64,000 bases of DNA from Tricharina praecox (Eukaryota). Position numbers and translations under genes: made by a program. The notes under the pieces are model-generated. The model saw nothing but the letters and a program-made list of their open reading frames with translations, ran no database searches and had not been told where the DNA came from. Position 1 is the first letter of the stretch, and every line of letters starts with the position of its first letter. The stretch covers positions 186,001 through 250,000 of the forward strand of contig NW_026250423.1 in NCBI RefSeq assembly GCF_024521635.1. The letters run 5' to 3'. Of this stretch, positions 28,551-41,700 are shown piece after piece.

Positions 28551-30849
28551 ATATCGGGCATCATCATCTTCATCAATCATGTACACGTGCGTGCAGGCCT
28601 AGGGTGTGGTAGATGCATCGATCGATCTAATATGAATGCGGGTTTTTATTATCAATCTCTTTCTTTCTTTCTTTTGTTCATGGTTTTTGGTTGTGTTTCG
28701 GTCGGGTGTTTCGATTTTTTGTTTTGCTGCGTGTGCGCGTGCTTGTGCTTTGATTTTGATTTGCTTTTACGATTATATTCCCGTGTGCTGCTTGAAGGAC
28801 TTTCTTCGGTCGTTCGTTCGTTCGCTGTGTAGCTGTGTGCATATAGGCTGGATGTAGGCTGGCTGTAGGCTGTAGGCTGGCCAGCTTGGTGAAGCAGATG
28901 TGATGAGGATGTGATTCCTGCGGCCTGCTGCGAGGCTTGTTGACTTGCGGTGCTGGTGGCAATTGGAGTGGGTGAATGAGAGATTGTGAGAGACTGGGAG
29001 GGCGTTTGGATCGAAGGGCTGGTCCGGAGAGGGCGAGTGCGAGTGACATATGGGGATAAGGTTCAGTACTGCTACGAAGTATCTTCATATTGAATTACCT
29101 ACTTCAGACGGCGTTCTTTGAACCTATCAAGCTCTAGGATCACCAGCTGAATTCCCCGTGAACATACCATCCAGACTCCAGAGTAGAGTAGAGTAATTTG
29201 GAAGCCTCTATGTACAAAAGCTTCAAAACCCTTTCTGATGGCTCCGAAGTTCTAACTTGGTACCGGCAAAGGATGAAGCCGAGGCCATCCCGAGCTCAAG
29301 GTCTTGTTGCCTCCTCCTCGCCATCATTCGCCCTCTACCCCCACCCCCACCCCCACTATAAAGATGGCCAGGACACTCGGAGACTGGAATGCGGAAGTTT
29401 GTGGGGTTGTGGTCTGGATAGGATAGGCATTGGATCGGCCCCGCCCAGATCTCAGATCTGGCATACAGTACGGTACGCGGATCGTATGTAGGTGCTCAGC
29501 CGACCACCTTGATGCCTATCAATGTCGCCACTTGGGATTGCTCTCGTTCACTCCAGGTTACCCAAGGCACCGAGCCACAAAAGCCACAAAAGCCCAGCCA
29601 ACAGCCAAGATTGAAGGTTGGAGACGGCGGGGTAGGCTCCGCCGGAAAAAATAACTACCGGTACCATTGCCGTTGCTCGTGCTGACATGATACTTGTTCT
29701 TGTTCTTATTCTCTGCTGTGCTCGACTCCATTAGTTATGCGTGTATTGATGGCGAGCAGCGAGCTTACTTTCCCGCTAGCGTGAGTCTCAGAATCCCATC
29801 CGCCACATCAGTGGCGCAGCGATACCTACTCTTGGTAACGGGGTGCAGCCATCACATACCTGTGTAGAAACTCCACCGAATCCACCAAATCCTGTCCAGC
29901 AACCACACCCCACACCATAGCGCGAAAGCCACGCAACCAAAGGCTTCCTGCGAAGCCGCTACCGTGGCTGTATCATACCACCCATCCAGAGCGTGTGGCG
30001 CTCCGTTAGTCTCACTGACTCTCAGCCACAAGTAAGAGTGGCATCACGTGATAAAATGTGGCTGAAAGGTCACGTGTCGCAAAATAATCGATCCTGTATA
30101 CGTGCCAAAGTTGTGTCTGGGAGTCTGGAAGGAAAAGTCAGAACTCTAAAAACCCGAGCACCCAAATAAACTTCCGATGCCCAAAAAACAAAAAAAAACA
30201 AATAGGTTTTCCAGCCATTAATGTAGAACAGCAGAAAAAATGCATAAAACTCATGAGATTCGCTTTGGGAGAAAATAGCGCAAACCTCCCGATGACGGCC
30301 AGGCCTCGGAGGTTAGGAACAACAGAAAAATTGCATAAACCCATGAACAACTGAGCTCGGAAAAATAACGCGACCATCAAATAATATCTTTACGCGCTTC
30401 GCGAGAAAAAAGCTTAACTCCCGATGACCGCCAGGCTCGGACTTAGCTAGACTTGCGGCGGTGGCTCACTTTGGTGTAGGCGTCGTGATCTACTCAGGTC
30501 TATACTGGCTACGGCCGCTGCAGGCAGGATACACTCGATGATACTGCTCTGGAAACATCAGTACTGCTCCCGCCGCATTGCCTATGCTGCTCCGGATTCT
30601 GCTCGGTAAACAGCAGTACTGCTCGGAAAAAAGCAGTTTTGCTTGGTAGACAGCGGTACTGCTCTCGCCACATCGCCGCATCATCTGTACTGCTTCGGAT
30701 ACTGATCGGCAAACAGCAGTACTGTTATCACCGCACTGCCTGTACTGCTCCAGATCCATCAGTGCCGCTCTGGAACCATCAGTGCTGCTCGGAGAACAGC
30801 AGTGCTCTCCGCCGAGCCCCTCCCGGGGGTAAAACCTCCGCACTCAACC

Positions 30850-31236
30850 TCCCGTTCAAATATCGCCGCTCAACTCTCCCGGCGCAAGCCCCGCACAACC
30901 CGGCAGGCAGACAGAAGGAAAGAGAGAAAGACAGACAGCGAAAAAGAAGAAGACTAAATGAAGGTACTAGTCCCGCCCTTTCCAACCTCCTGTGAGCTGC
31001 TCTAAGACAGCTTCCCTAGCTCTCGTTTCTTCCGCCCTCGACGCTCTTTCCGCTGCCGCCATTCTTCCTCCTACTTTCTCCGGCCCTGCTAGGGGAAATA
31101 CGGGGTCTGCCTCTGCCACTGCTAGGTCAGAAGTTTGACTCGGAGAATCTTGATTGTCTTGAACGCCGAGCGGTGGGACTCATCGTCCAACATCTGTGGT
31201 GACTAGGAACTTTAGGATCGCCTCGCTGCAGTCCTG
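30850..31236 (-). mobile_element. Possible 5'-truncated non-LTR retrotransposon (LINE) 3' fragment
   Basis: Minus-strand translation QDCSEAILKFLVTTDVGR*VPP...EEEWRQRKERRGRKKRE resembles, from recollection only, the extreme C-terminus of fungal LINE ORF2 proteins. It is followed by a T/C-rich tract. Confidence 0.35.
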
Positions 31237-32394
31237 GCTAGGTTAGGGCGTGTCAAGCCTTTACCGCCGATGGTACTAGAACGTACACGCTGTAGCTGTG
31301 GGCGCCAGGCCGCAGTGAGGACACATGTTGATGGTAGTGCAGTGTAGGAGACGTACGCTCAATGTATCATGCCTGTTGCGGCTCCAGCCAGTACGGGACA
31401 TTATTGCGTCTGGCGATGCAACGATAGCAGTACTGCTCTTTACCGAGCAGTACTGATGGTTCCGGAGCTGTAACGCCCAGTATCCCGTGCCCGCATCGGC
31501 TGTAGCCAGTATGCGTCAGTATCCGAAGCAGTACAGATGATGCGGTGATGCATTGATAGCGGTACGGCTGTTTTCCGAGCAAAACTGCTGTTTTCCGAGT
31601 AGTATCCAGAGCAAAACTACTATTTTCCAAGCAGTACTGCTATTTTCCGAGCAGTATCAGGAGCAGTACTGGCAATGCGGCGCGAGCAGTACTGCTGTTT
31701 ACCGAGCAAAACTGCTTTTTCCGAGCTGTACTGCTGTATACCGAGCAGTGCAGGCGATGCAGCGAGAGCAGTACCGCCGTCTACCGAGCAGTACTGATGG
31801 TCCCGGAGCTGTACCGCCCAGCGTATCCTGCCTGCCTCGGCCGCAGGTAATACGCAGGTAATACGCGGCGGTAGTCTGTTACTGCGTGTCCAGTAGGTAC
31901 CAGACAGTACGGTTGCCTAGCAGTAAAAGGCCTCCGGTACTGGTAGGTAGTCTGCATTACAGATCAGTAGAGCGCAGTCTGTGCTGGGCGCGCCCTGGCT
32001 GGTTACGGCCCGATAAGGTGCAAGGTGCGTGTCCGCGCTCCACTCCTCCGGTGCGCCTTCGGTGTGCTACAAGCACACACATCCAGACTAACGCAGAGAT
32101 GCCTTTGCAATTCTCAGACAGCTGCCAGACAGGTTGGATCTCGGGATTTAGTCATAAAATGTCTGAAGCGGTGCTTGGTTCACGCGATTTAGTTGTAAAG
32201 ATTTCTGAGGTGGTGTTTTGTTCACGGGATTTAATGATAAAATGTCTGAGGTGGTGTTTTGTTCTCGCGATGTAGTCAATTTTTTTTTTCTGAAGTCGTG
32301 TTTGGGCGTCGGGGGTTGCGTTTAGGGGTCGTTTGGGGGTGGTCTCGGGGTTTGGGGTTATCGGGGAATTTGAATGTATAGTCTAAAGAGGACT

Positions 32395-33177
32395 AGAGGT
32401 CCTCAAGCCTTGCCGGGTGATCTAGCCAGCCGGAAACCCATCAAGACAGATTGACCAATAACAATGTCCAGCCATGAAATCCGGGTTTGAGGACCTTGCC
32501 CTGCGGGACTGGCTGGCCAGGTGAGTAGCTTCGAGTACATCCAGGGTACATCCCTGACTTCTAAGCGCTTTCTACACCACCCATCCTCCTACCCGCTGAC
32601 TAGAGTCAATCCTGCTCGGTGACTAGAGTCAATCCTGCTCGGTGACTAGAGTCATTACTTTAATGACTCCAACTGTGGGAGTTGATTGACTCTTGCAATG
32701 CTTCCTGGGTAACTACCAATAGTTTAAGGCCAATGGTATCTGTACTAATACTAATGTATTTCCGTGTGTATGAGGAGGTATGTCGCCAGCTTGCTGGGCG
32801 TAACACTCCGCCGCGTGCTGAGTTGCACATCCACTTCGCCATCATCAGGTTCGAAAATGGAGTCGACTGTCGTTTGCGCGTGGATGTTGAAGTCGAGCAA
32901 CTGGAGCACAAATTTTCTTGTAGATACATGAGGCATTCTTTACAGGATGGAGAATATCAGAGTCTAGTTCTCGATCCCTGAAACTACTCACAACCCACCT
33001 ACCCTTCACGGCGAACTAAAGGCGAGCTAGAGGCGAGCTAGAGTTCCTGAAGTCACCCAGACGACTTTTTCTGAGCTGGAGGAATTAGCGGTGCCGGGAA
33101 CCTGAAAGATCCCCAAACCAATAGAAATGCCTAATCACCTAACCGGCCAGGTCACCCAGCAAGGTTTGAGGACGTCT
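32395..33177. mobile_element. 783-bp MITE-like element with 35-bp TIRs and a 3-bp TSD (ACT)
   Basis: TIRs AGAGGTCCTCAAGCCTTGCCGGGTGATCTAGCCAG and AGACGTCCTCAAACCTTGCTGGGTGACCTGGCCGG (reverse complement) match at 29/35. ACT flanks the element at 32392-32394 and 33178-33180. Confidence 0.75.
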
Positions 33178-35241
33178 ACTTTTCCTTCCAGACCCTTGCA
33201 CAGAAAAAAATATTCAATAGAATTTAGCGTAAGCGAGGCTGAGCACGCTATACTTTCTTGGCAAGGGTCGAGCGAGACTAGCGCTCCGTCTACTCTGGGG
33301 GAGAGAAAAGGCAGTCGTCAATAATGTGGGGAGGATGGCGTGACGTGTTGGGAACTTAGGATTTCCTCCAGACCACAGAGCTGGTGAGCACGGTAAGGTA
33401 AGGTGATCTCACTACCACCTAGAGTACATACCGGTAGGTACACGGCAAGCGTGGTGTTCAACGAGACCGCGAGATTCCTCAAACAGCATCCCTCAGTACT
33501 AAGAAACTGAGAAACGGACATGTCGAGAGGCGCTCGCGGAGAGGATACCATAAGGGTCGGACTCGGGCAGCAGTTCATGTGGAGGAAGGGCGGTCGAGCG
33601 TCACTTGGTATCACTCGCTACTTCTTTTGTTTTTCTTCTTCTCCTTCTTCTTTGGAGTTGGGAGTTGGGAGTTATTGGAGTAGCTTCACTTCGATTAACG
33701 ATTAACTTTGTACTTGTACCCGAATCCTAACCTCAAGCGTCGTGCTTGTGTTGAACGACTGGTTTGGTTTGGTGATGGTGTTGGTGATGGTGGCGAGACG
33801 TGTACAGTAATCGTAGCGCTGTCTGAGTGTATGTAGCTAGACAATTCGCTTACCGATTCAACGCCTCTCAGCTTTCCCCAAAGTCCCAAAGCCCCCCTCA
33901 CTCGTCTCAAGATCTTCTGAATCATGATTTACCATGGGCACTGACGAAGTCAGACTTTAGACTTTAGACTTCTGAGACAGGCGCCAGGGCCGTGCGAACG
34001 CGCGAGCGAGCGAAAGATCACCAGCCGGTCCGAACACTAGAGTACTTACATACACGGGCTAACTTGCCTGGCGGCGACGTTGCGTTTGCGTTTGCCCTCC
34101 GATGTCAGGTTCGGTGGATCTTTGGCGGATCTTTGGCGGAGGCGACCGCTCACTTCACGGTGGATGGCAAATCGCGTATATTGGCAGGTTCCGAAGTGTC
34201 CGGAGAGTGAGTGAGTGAGTGAGTCGAAGGCTCTGGCTCCTGGTGTGGTTGTGGTGGATAAGACTGTGGTCTGCGGGGAGTGGGTTCTCTAACGACGGTA
34301 CCGGTATGTACCACCGGGCAGCTGGTCGGCAACCCAGTTTCGGTGCTCACTTAGCCCCTCTTTGTCTAGCGCACCGTCACAACTTTGGAGTCAAAACGAC
34401 CTCAGTGCAATGTGCTACGATAGTTCGCCGCCGCGCGGGAACCCGTGGCTTACACTGTAGGACCCGTGGCGTACTCTAGAGGAAAGCTCGGTTGAATACC
34501 TACAGCTGGATACCGGTATCCGTGACAGTCTCCAGCATCGCGAGATAGATTTTCAGGTAGAGCGCTCTGCATGTGCAGCCGTCTGTAATTACAGTATCCA
34601 AGATCTTCGGCGCAATCTATGGCCGTTGCAATTTACGGGGCAGAGTGGTTCCCTTATCATCCAGCTTCTGCTCGAAGGTGCGACAGCAGTCGCGCGTCGT
34701 CCAGACAGGACTATTTGCTCGACGGGTCGAGTGCCCGCAGGTACAATCTCGATTCGCGCCGGCCTCGGCATGTAGGTACGTCACATACCGACTGGACGTA
34801 TCATGATGTCTCGCAAGAATCTTTTTTTCTTTGCTGCACGGTGATGGGGGTCGGTCACAGCAGACGTCGCTTGACGATGGGAGGGTGGGTGCTCGAATCT
34901 CCCATGTGATGGATAGAGTGCACACTCTACTTTTATTCCAGGGACCGCCAATCGCCTGCTTGCGCTTGCTACCTGACGTCATCGCTACCTCATCCTTCGA
35001 GCTGCTCCCTGCGCTTCAAAGAAACTTTGTGCAACCACGCGGTAGCCAAAGCAAGGAAGGGATCACCAACTTTGAAAGCGGCTTCCAGGATTCGACCCGG
35101 ACGTCATTGCGAGGTGAGGGCAGAACTTCCTTTATATTCTTTCGTTCCACCCCGTCTTTCAACATCCACATCAACAATCAAAACCACCCACTCACACCAC
35201 AACACTACACTACAACATCTTCCAACCAACAAACAACACCT

Positions 35242-35330
35242 CCTCCACCAACCAAAACCACCACCACCAACCAAAACTACCACCACCAACCAAAACTACC
35301 ACCACCAACCAAAACTACCACCACCAACCA
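35242..35330. repeat. 19-bp tandem repeat (CCACCACCAACCAAAACTA, about 4.7 copies) in a probable 5' UTR
   Basis: Copies start at 35242, 35261, 35280 and 35299, with a partial copy at 35318. Confidence 0.85.
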
Positions 35331-35346
35331 CCAAATTCAATTCACA

Positions 35347-35692
35347 ATGGGCGCCGTCGTCTCTTGCGTATGCTTCTCCTTCTCTGTCGTCGCCGGCCTC
35401 TCGCATTACTCCTACTAACAACCAAATAGATCAAGTCCGTCTTCCGTGCCATCGGAAACGCTCTCAGCGCCATCATCAACGGCATTGCCGGTATCCTCAA
35501 GGCCATCATCAACGGTTCGCACTCCTTCTGCTACTTCCCTTCCTCCCTCATTCTTACTGACAAACCCTCGCAGGAATCACCAATGTTCTGAACATCATCA
35601 TTTCGTTCCTGACCTGCGGCCGCGCCGGTTCCCGTCGCTCCAGAATGTCGAACCGTACCAGCCACCATGGTAGAACCACGCGGGCCATATAA
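35347..35692 (+). CDS. 74-aa microprotein with predicted N-myristoylation/palmitoylation and amphipathic helices
   Basis: Exons 35347-35367, 35430-35514 and 35574-35692 with GT..CTAAC/CTGAC..AG introns. Kozak-like CACAATGG. Product MGAVVSCIKSVFRAIGNALSAIINGIAGILKAIINGITNVLNIIISFLTCGRAGSRRSRMSNRTSHHGRTTRAI. Confidence 0.8.
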
Positions 35693-36841
35693 TCCGGGGT
35701 CGACATGACATGTCTGTCTACTGTCTACTACTGCCTGCCTACTTCGCTCGCGCACCGTAGATGATGATGACCACCAACTCACAACAACCACCACTTGACG
35801 AATTTCATTTTCCTTTTCAAAACTCTTAATGTGTGGCCTCTTTTTTTTCTTTCTTTTTCTTTCTGTCTCGCGATTTGTTCACTTGTGTTCGGGACGGGTG
35901 TAAGCGGAGTTTGTGTTTTTTGTATACTTTTCTCTGGCTGAGCGGGTTCGGGATGGGTTTGGGTGGAAATACTACGGCTACGGCTACTGCAATGTTCGAT
36001 ATGTTTCTTTTGTTGGGTGCGTAGAGATGAGAAATATACCATGGCTGCTTTTACTCATTGCTCCTTCCATCGATTGTGCCTTCGCGTGGGAGCCTTCATC
36101 GCTTTCCATCTCGTTTTTTGCATACAGTGACCGGGTGAGATCTCGTGCGACGGGATGCGATAAGATCTTCGTTATCTAAACGAAAGACACGAAGATAAGC
36201 ACTCGCCCTATCTACCAGCGCCCGTGCTGAATTCTGTTGAAGACCGGAAACAGAGCGTGCAGAAAGAAGCGCGATAAGCACATGCGGATGTGCATAAGTG
36301 AAAGTGACTACTACACGGTATATACAGCACCCCATGGTCTCGTTACGAGGTCATAGACTCACCGTAGAGTACTCATATGTACTTGTGAAGCTTGCGTATG
36401 ATGGGAGGGGCATGCTCGCTGTCGCACCAGACATGTAGCCGGTCATGAAACCGCGTTGCTTTTTCCCCATGACAGACAGGCAGGCAGGCCGCAGAAGCAC
36501 CACCACTGCCATTCCCGCCTGCACTTCTGTCCAGTCCAGTGTCCACCTTCACTTCTCCCTCCACCGTCGACCATCCACCACCACCATCCACCACCACCAC
36601 CATCCACCGACTCTCGCTCGCTCTCTTCGTGTTTTTATTTGCATGTCGACGTCTTTATGAAGAGAATTGAAATTTAAAAATAAACCCATATCTAAACCGG
36701 GGGTCTGTTAGTTGCCGACGCCGACGCCGTTACATACATACGTTCCCTGCCTTCGGCGCGACACTCCAGACACGCCCAAAAACCACAGCTCCAGCGGGCC
36801 CAGGACACCACCTCCCTCTTCCCGCACAGCTCCTCATCACG

Positions 36842-38306
36842 ATGACCTCCACCCCCTCCCCCTCGCCCTTACCGTCGAGTCCGCACGCAGTGCACGCAGC
36901 GTTCCTACCGCCGATCCCGCCATCGCCGCCACGGTCCTTCGCGTCGACCAGCTTCCCCGCGGGGGGGTCGATAAACCTTCCTGCGCCGCCGCTGCCGCCG
37001 CTGCCGGGACACTTCCTGACGCAGACGGATGTCAAAGCGTCGATTTCGGCGTACGAGATGCTCGCGGACGCGGCGAAGGCTTACCGGAAGGCACTCGCCG
37101 TCCTCGCCCAGTCCGCATCCGCGTTCGGCGCGGCGCTGGAAATTTGCGCGAGATGTAGGTTCCCGTTTGGTTACGCTGAGGGGCAGCAGCAGGAGAAGGA
37201 GGAGGGTTGCTGATGTGTGGGGTACATAGGTAAGGGCGCGGGCGATAATGCAGACGGAATGATGGGTGCTGGGGGGCTGCAGTACCTCGTCGCCAGCAAT
37301 ATGCACATCCTCTCGGAAAGTGTGTATCGAGGCTTTGAGGTGCCGCTGCTGCACGAGCTGGATAGCTACAAGGAGAAGAATGCCGAGAATGAGGATCGGT
37401 ACAAGAAGGAAGCTGAGGCTAAGAGTCGCGAGCTCAGGAAGAGGGAGCAGCAACATCTTAAGCTTGCGCGGCAGAAGAAGAGGAGTATGTGTGCACGGTT
37501 TACGCTGTGTGAGTTGGCTTTTCCGGCGGCTGGCTGACTTGGAGGGGATAGATCTGTCCGCGTTCCGAAGTGCTCTTGTGGATCTAACGTATCAGATCGA
37601 CGAGTTGGAGAACCTCAAATACGGCCACTACCGAACGGCGCTGGACCTCTCCCAGGAGACCTCACTCAAGATCCTCGACTACTCCGCACTCGTCGTCCGC
37701 GCCGAAATCGAGGTGTTCGAGAAGATCGCACAGAAGGGCTGGGACTCGTCCGGGGGTCTCGAGGAGTTGATGACCCGCGCCGCAGACCCCTTCAATACCG
37801 GCTACGGCAACAATCCGGGCGACAACGGTGAGATATTCTCGATCCTCCCAACGGAGAGTATCCTGCCTAGCCCACACGGCGCGCTTTCCCGCGCCGGATC
37901 CATCTCCGGCACCAGTGGGAACACCGCGACCGAGGGGAAGTATCAGAGCTTGAGTGCGGCGCTGAGCCAGAATGGGGACTTTGAAGATTATGACGATGAA
38001 GATGCGAATAGCATCTTTTCCGGCGGATTCACCGCTAATCATCCAGGGCCGAGCCATAGTAAGAGCGGCGGTGGTGGCGGCGGCGGCGGCATCGGTGGCG
38101 GTGGAAAGTTGGGACTGCCCGGGTTCTCGCCCACCAGTAGTGCCGGCTGGGGGAATATCGACCAGACGTCGTCCAATAATTCAGTTGCGGCACCACCATC
38201 TACCGTCGACGAGCGGACGGAACCGAGGGATGGAGATGCATGGCAAGAGTCGTCGGAAAGTGAAGATGGAGAGAACCGGACACTGAGAAATCATTCCACG
38301 GATTGA
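36842..38306 (+). CDS. IVY1: IVY1-like I-BAR/IMD phospholipid-binding protein
   Basis: LTQTDVKASISAYEMLADAAKAYRKAL..ASAFGAALE.CARCKG, GLQYLVASNMHILSESVYRGFEVPLLHELD, and coiled-coil DLSAFRSALVDL. Two introns. Confidence 0.7.
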
Positions 38307-38779
38307 TTATTTTGGCTGGGCGAGGCGAGGCGAGGGAGGAGGTTTTCTTGTATCTTTTGGGCGATGGGGATGGGGATGGGGATGGGAGCTTCAGTTGGAG
38401 TCTGCACTGCAATTTTACTGGCGTTTTGGGGGGCCTTTTCTTCTTTCTTTCTCTATGTTCTTTCCTTTTCGCTCTCCAAGTTGAGCCCTTCTTAAGAGCT
38501 TGGTATCACCACCCGTATATATCGTTCGTTGGCTCTGTGTTTATGTTCGCTTTATTACATATCATTTGGAGGCATTTACAAAATAGGCTGGATGGATCAC
38601 AAACATGTGGAATACGGTACATCATTGCTCCGCCGCCGGGTGGGTGACTCGGGAGTCGGGCCGGCAGCTCTTTCTTGGCGGCCCGCGACGTCACGTTTCC
38701 AGCAAGCAAGCTCCAGGTAGATATTACAACTCTACGCGTCAAGCTGCGCTCTGAGGAGCGCATCGTACACGACACTCTA

Positions 38780-41700
38780 ATGGCCTCGACCACCACATCG
38801 GCCTTAGAGCCAGCACCCGCATCTTCACCAGCCGTGAAAATCTCCCTCCCACTGGTACTTCCCCCTCCCCCTCCTCCGCCTGTCGACTCATCACTGACCT
38901 AGTTACCACTCAGCCCTACCAGCAAGAACTCTTCACATCACTGCTCACATCCGACGCGCTCCTGATCCTTGCGCGCGGCCTGGGCCTGCTGCGCATAGTC
39001 ACGAACCTGCTGCACGCGTACGACGTCGCGGGCGAGAACCTGGTGCTGCTCGTCAACGCGAGCGAGGATGAGACCGACTGGGTTGGCGAGGCGATGGCCG
39101 AGACGGGCGGGGTGGGCTGCGCAAAGGGGTTGAGAGTAATCAATACTGAGGCTATGGGTGTGGCCGGGAGGAGGAAGACTTATGAAAGGGGGGGAGTCAT
39201 GGCGGTTACTAGTAGGATACTGGTGGTGGATTTGTTGACCGGTGAGTATGGCAAGGGATGGCGAGGGGGTGGGGGATGCGGGGTGCGGGAGGGGGCTGAT
39301 AAGGAGGGGCAGATAATATTCCGTCGGATAGGATTACGGGGGTGGTGGTGTTGCACGCGGACCGGTAGGTTGCAGCAGATCTGACGGTGGGGGGGGGGGG
39401 GGGGGGGGAGTGGCAGCCAGGCAGGCAGCTGACAGCCCGAACGTAGGGTGACTGCGACCTCCCTCGAGGCGTTTATCCTCCGCGTGTACCGCCGCAAGAA
39501 CAAGTCCGGGTTCATCAAGGCGTTCTCGGACAACCCATCGGGGTTCGCGTCCGGCTTCTCTCCGCTGTCGACGATGCTCAAGAACCTGCACCTGCGCACG
39601 CCGACGCTGTACCCGCGCTTCCACGTTGCCGTCGCCGAGTCGCTCGAGAGCAAGACCGCGGAGGTAATCGAGCTCGACGTCCCGCTCAGCCCGGCCATGC
39701 TGGATATCCAGAACGCAATCCTGCAGTGCATCGAGTCCTCGCTGTCGGAGCTGCGCAAGGGCGGGAACTCCCGCGAGATAGATATGGAGGACTGGAACGT
39801 GGAGGCGGCGCTGCACCGTGCGTTCGATGTCACGCTGCGCCGCCAGCTGGATCCCGTCTGGCACAGGGTGAGCTGGAAGACGAGGCAGATCGTGGGCGAC
39901 CTCAAGGAGCTAAGGGATATGCTTTCGTACCTGGTGACGTACGACGCCGTGAGCTTCCACCAGTATCTCGAAGGCATCCTGGCTACGCAGAGCTCGGGCG
40001 CCACAAGCATGGGAATGGGGAGGATGAACCAGTCCCCGTGGCTGTACCTCGACGCTGCGCAGACGATCTTTGAAACCGCGAAAAGAAGGGCGTATGTGGG
40101 CACTCTGCCGAAGAATGGGGGTAGTGGAGCAACAATCCCCGCCACATTACACCCGGTGCTTGAGGAGCTGCCGAAGTGGGCGACGCTTTCGGGGATCCTC
40201 GATGAGATCGAGCGCGAGGCGGTAATGAATCCGCAGCTTGATCATGGGACCAACGGGACTGTGCTCGTCATGTGCTCGGACGCAAAGGAGTGTCGCCAGC
40301 TGAGGGAGTACCTGCAGACTGTCAATCGGCCAGTCGAGGATGAGGAGGATGGGGAGGACGATGCGGAGGACGATGATGGGGAGGAGAAAGAGGGCGGGAG
40401 GGTCACGCATTCAGCAAACTACATGATGCGGCGGAGACTCCGCGGGTATCTAGCGTGGAAACAGGATCTTTCGAAGTTCAAGGCGGCGTATAACGAGATG
40501 AACCGAGGCACCGGCGGGGGGGGTACTGGGGGTGCGCAGATGCAGAAACGGATGCAGGAGCCCCAGAGTTTCCGCGGGAGAGCACCAGCCAATAAACGCC
40601 GGCGAATGCGCGGTAGTGGGAATGTCGGCTCTTCTTCTAAAGCTACGGCGGGTGCACAGCCCTCGGATGAACAGGCTGTCAATGTGGCAGCGCTGTGGCA
40701 GAGTCTCCAACCGACTGAAGAGGAGGCGGCGGCGAAACAGGAGATTGCCGTCGATCCGTTGGAACACATGGAGGACTTCTATGAGCTCTTCGAGCTGAAG
40801 AATCTGGTGGTTGTCCACCCGTTCAGTGGGGATATGGATGATCGACTGCTTGAGGAGCTGCGACCCAGGTGGATAGTCATGTATAATCCCGACACGGCGT
40901 TTGTACGGCGGGTTGAGGTTAGTATTATGGCTGGTTGGCGATGGGTGACGGGTGACGAGTGGTGACTGGTGACGAATGGTGACTGATATGGCGTGGACAG
41001 GTGTATCGAAGCTCCCACAATGACCGCCAGGTAAAGGTCTATTTCCTCTACTACGGTGACTCGGTGGAGGAGCAGCGATTCCTGAGCGCCGTACGACGGG
41101 AGAAGGACGCCTTCTCCAAACTGATCAAAGAGAAAGGCGTACGTCTCCACCCTATCCCCAGTAGTCGCACCCACTGACCTCCATATGTAGTCCATGGCCG
41201 TAACCCTGACCACCGACGCCCACACCGACATCGACCAAGCTGAGCTCCTGCGGACAATAACCAACACGCGACTCGGGGGCGGGGGCAAACTCTCGGCCAC
41301 AGCCGAACCACCACGGGTAATCGTGGACATCCGGGAATTCCGCTCGTCGCTGCCCTCACTGCTGGACGCGCGCGGCACCTCACCAGTCCCCGTCACGCTC
41401 ACGGTGGGCGACTACATCCTGACGCCCACGATCTGCGTGGAGCGCAAGTCGATCAAGGACCTGATCGCCTCCTTCCGCAACGGGCGGCTATACACGCAGT
41501 GCGAGGCGATGAGCGCATCCTACGCGCAGCCGATGGTACTAATCGAGTTCGAGAAAGACCAATCGTTCAGCCTGGAGCCGTTTGCGGGCGCAGATACCTC
41601 CTCCTCCTCCACCGCCGCGCCGGGGGGCGACGATATCCAGGCCAAGCTTGTCCTGCTAACCATCGCGTTCCCGAGGATGTCGTTTATCTGGAGCAGCAGT

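Larger units (their letters stand above)
30121..33195. mobile_element. Non-autonomous foldback-type (MULE-like) DNA element with long complex inverted repeats, carrying nested insertions
   Basis: Left terminus GAGTCTGGAAGGAAAAGTC (30121-30139) matches the reconstructed right terminus GACTTTTCCTTCCAGACCC at 18/19 positions. Internal inverted arms at about 30490-30830 and 31420-31860, including an exact 30-bp pair at 30676-30705/31516-31545. A roughly 41-bp tandem repeat at 32142-32300. No TSD and no transposase seen. Confidence 0.65.

Noticed and set aside
39389..39408. 20-nt poly-G in a RAD1 intron as a functional G-quadruplex
   Set aside because: G- and C-runs occur in many introns and intergenic regions of this window, so it is not distinctive.
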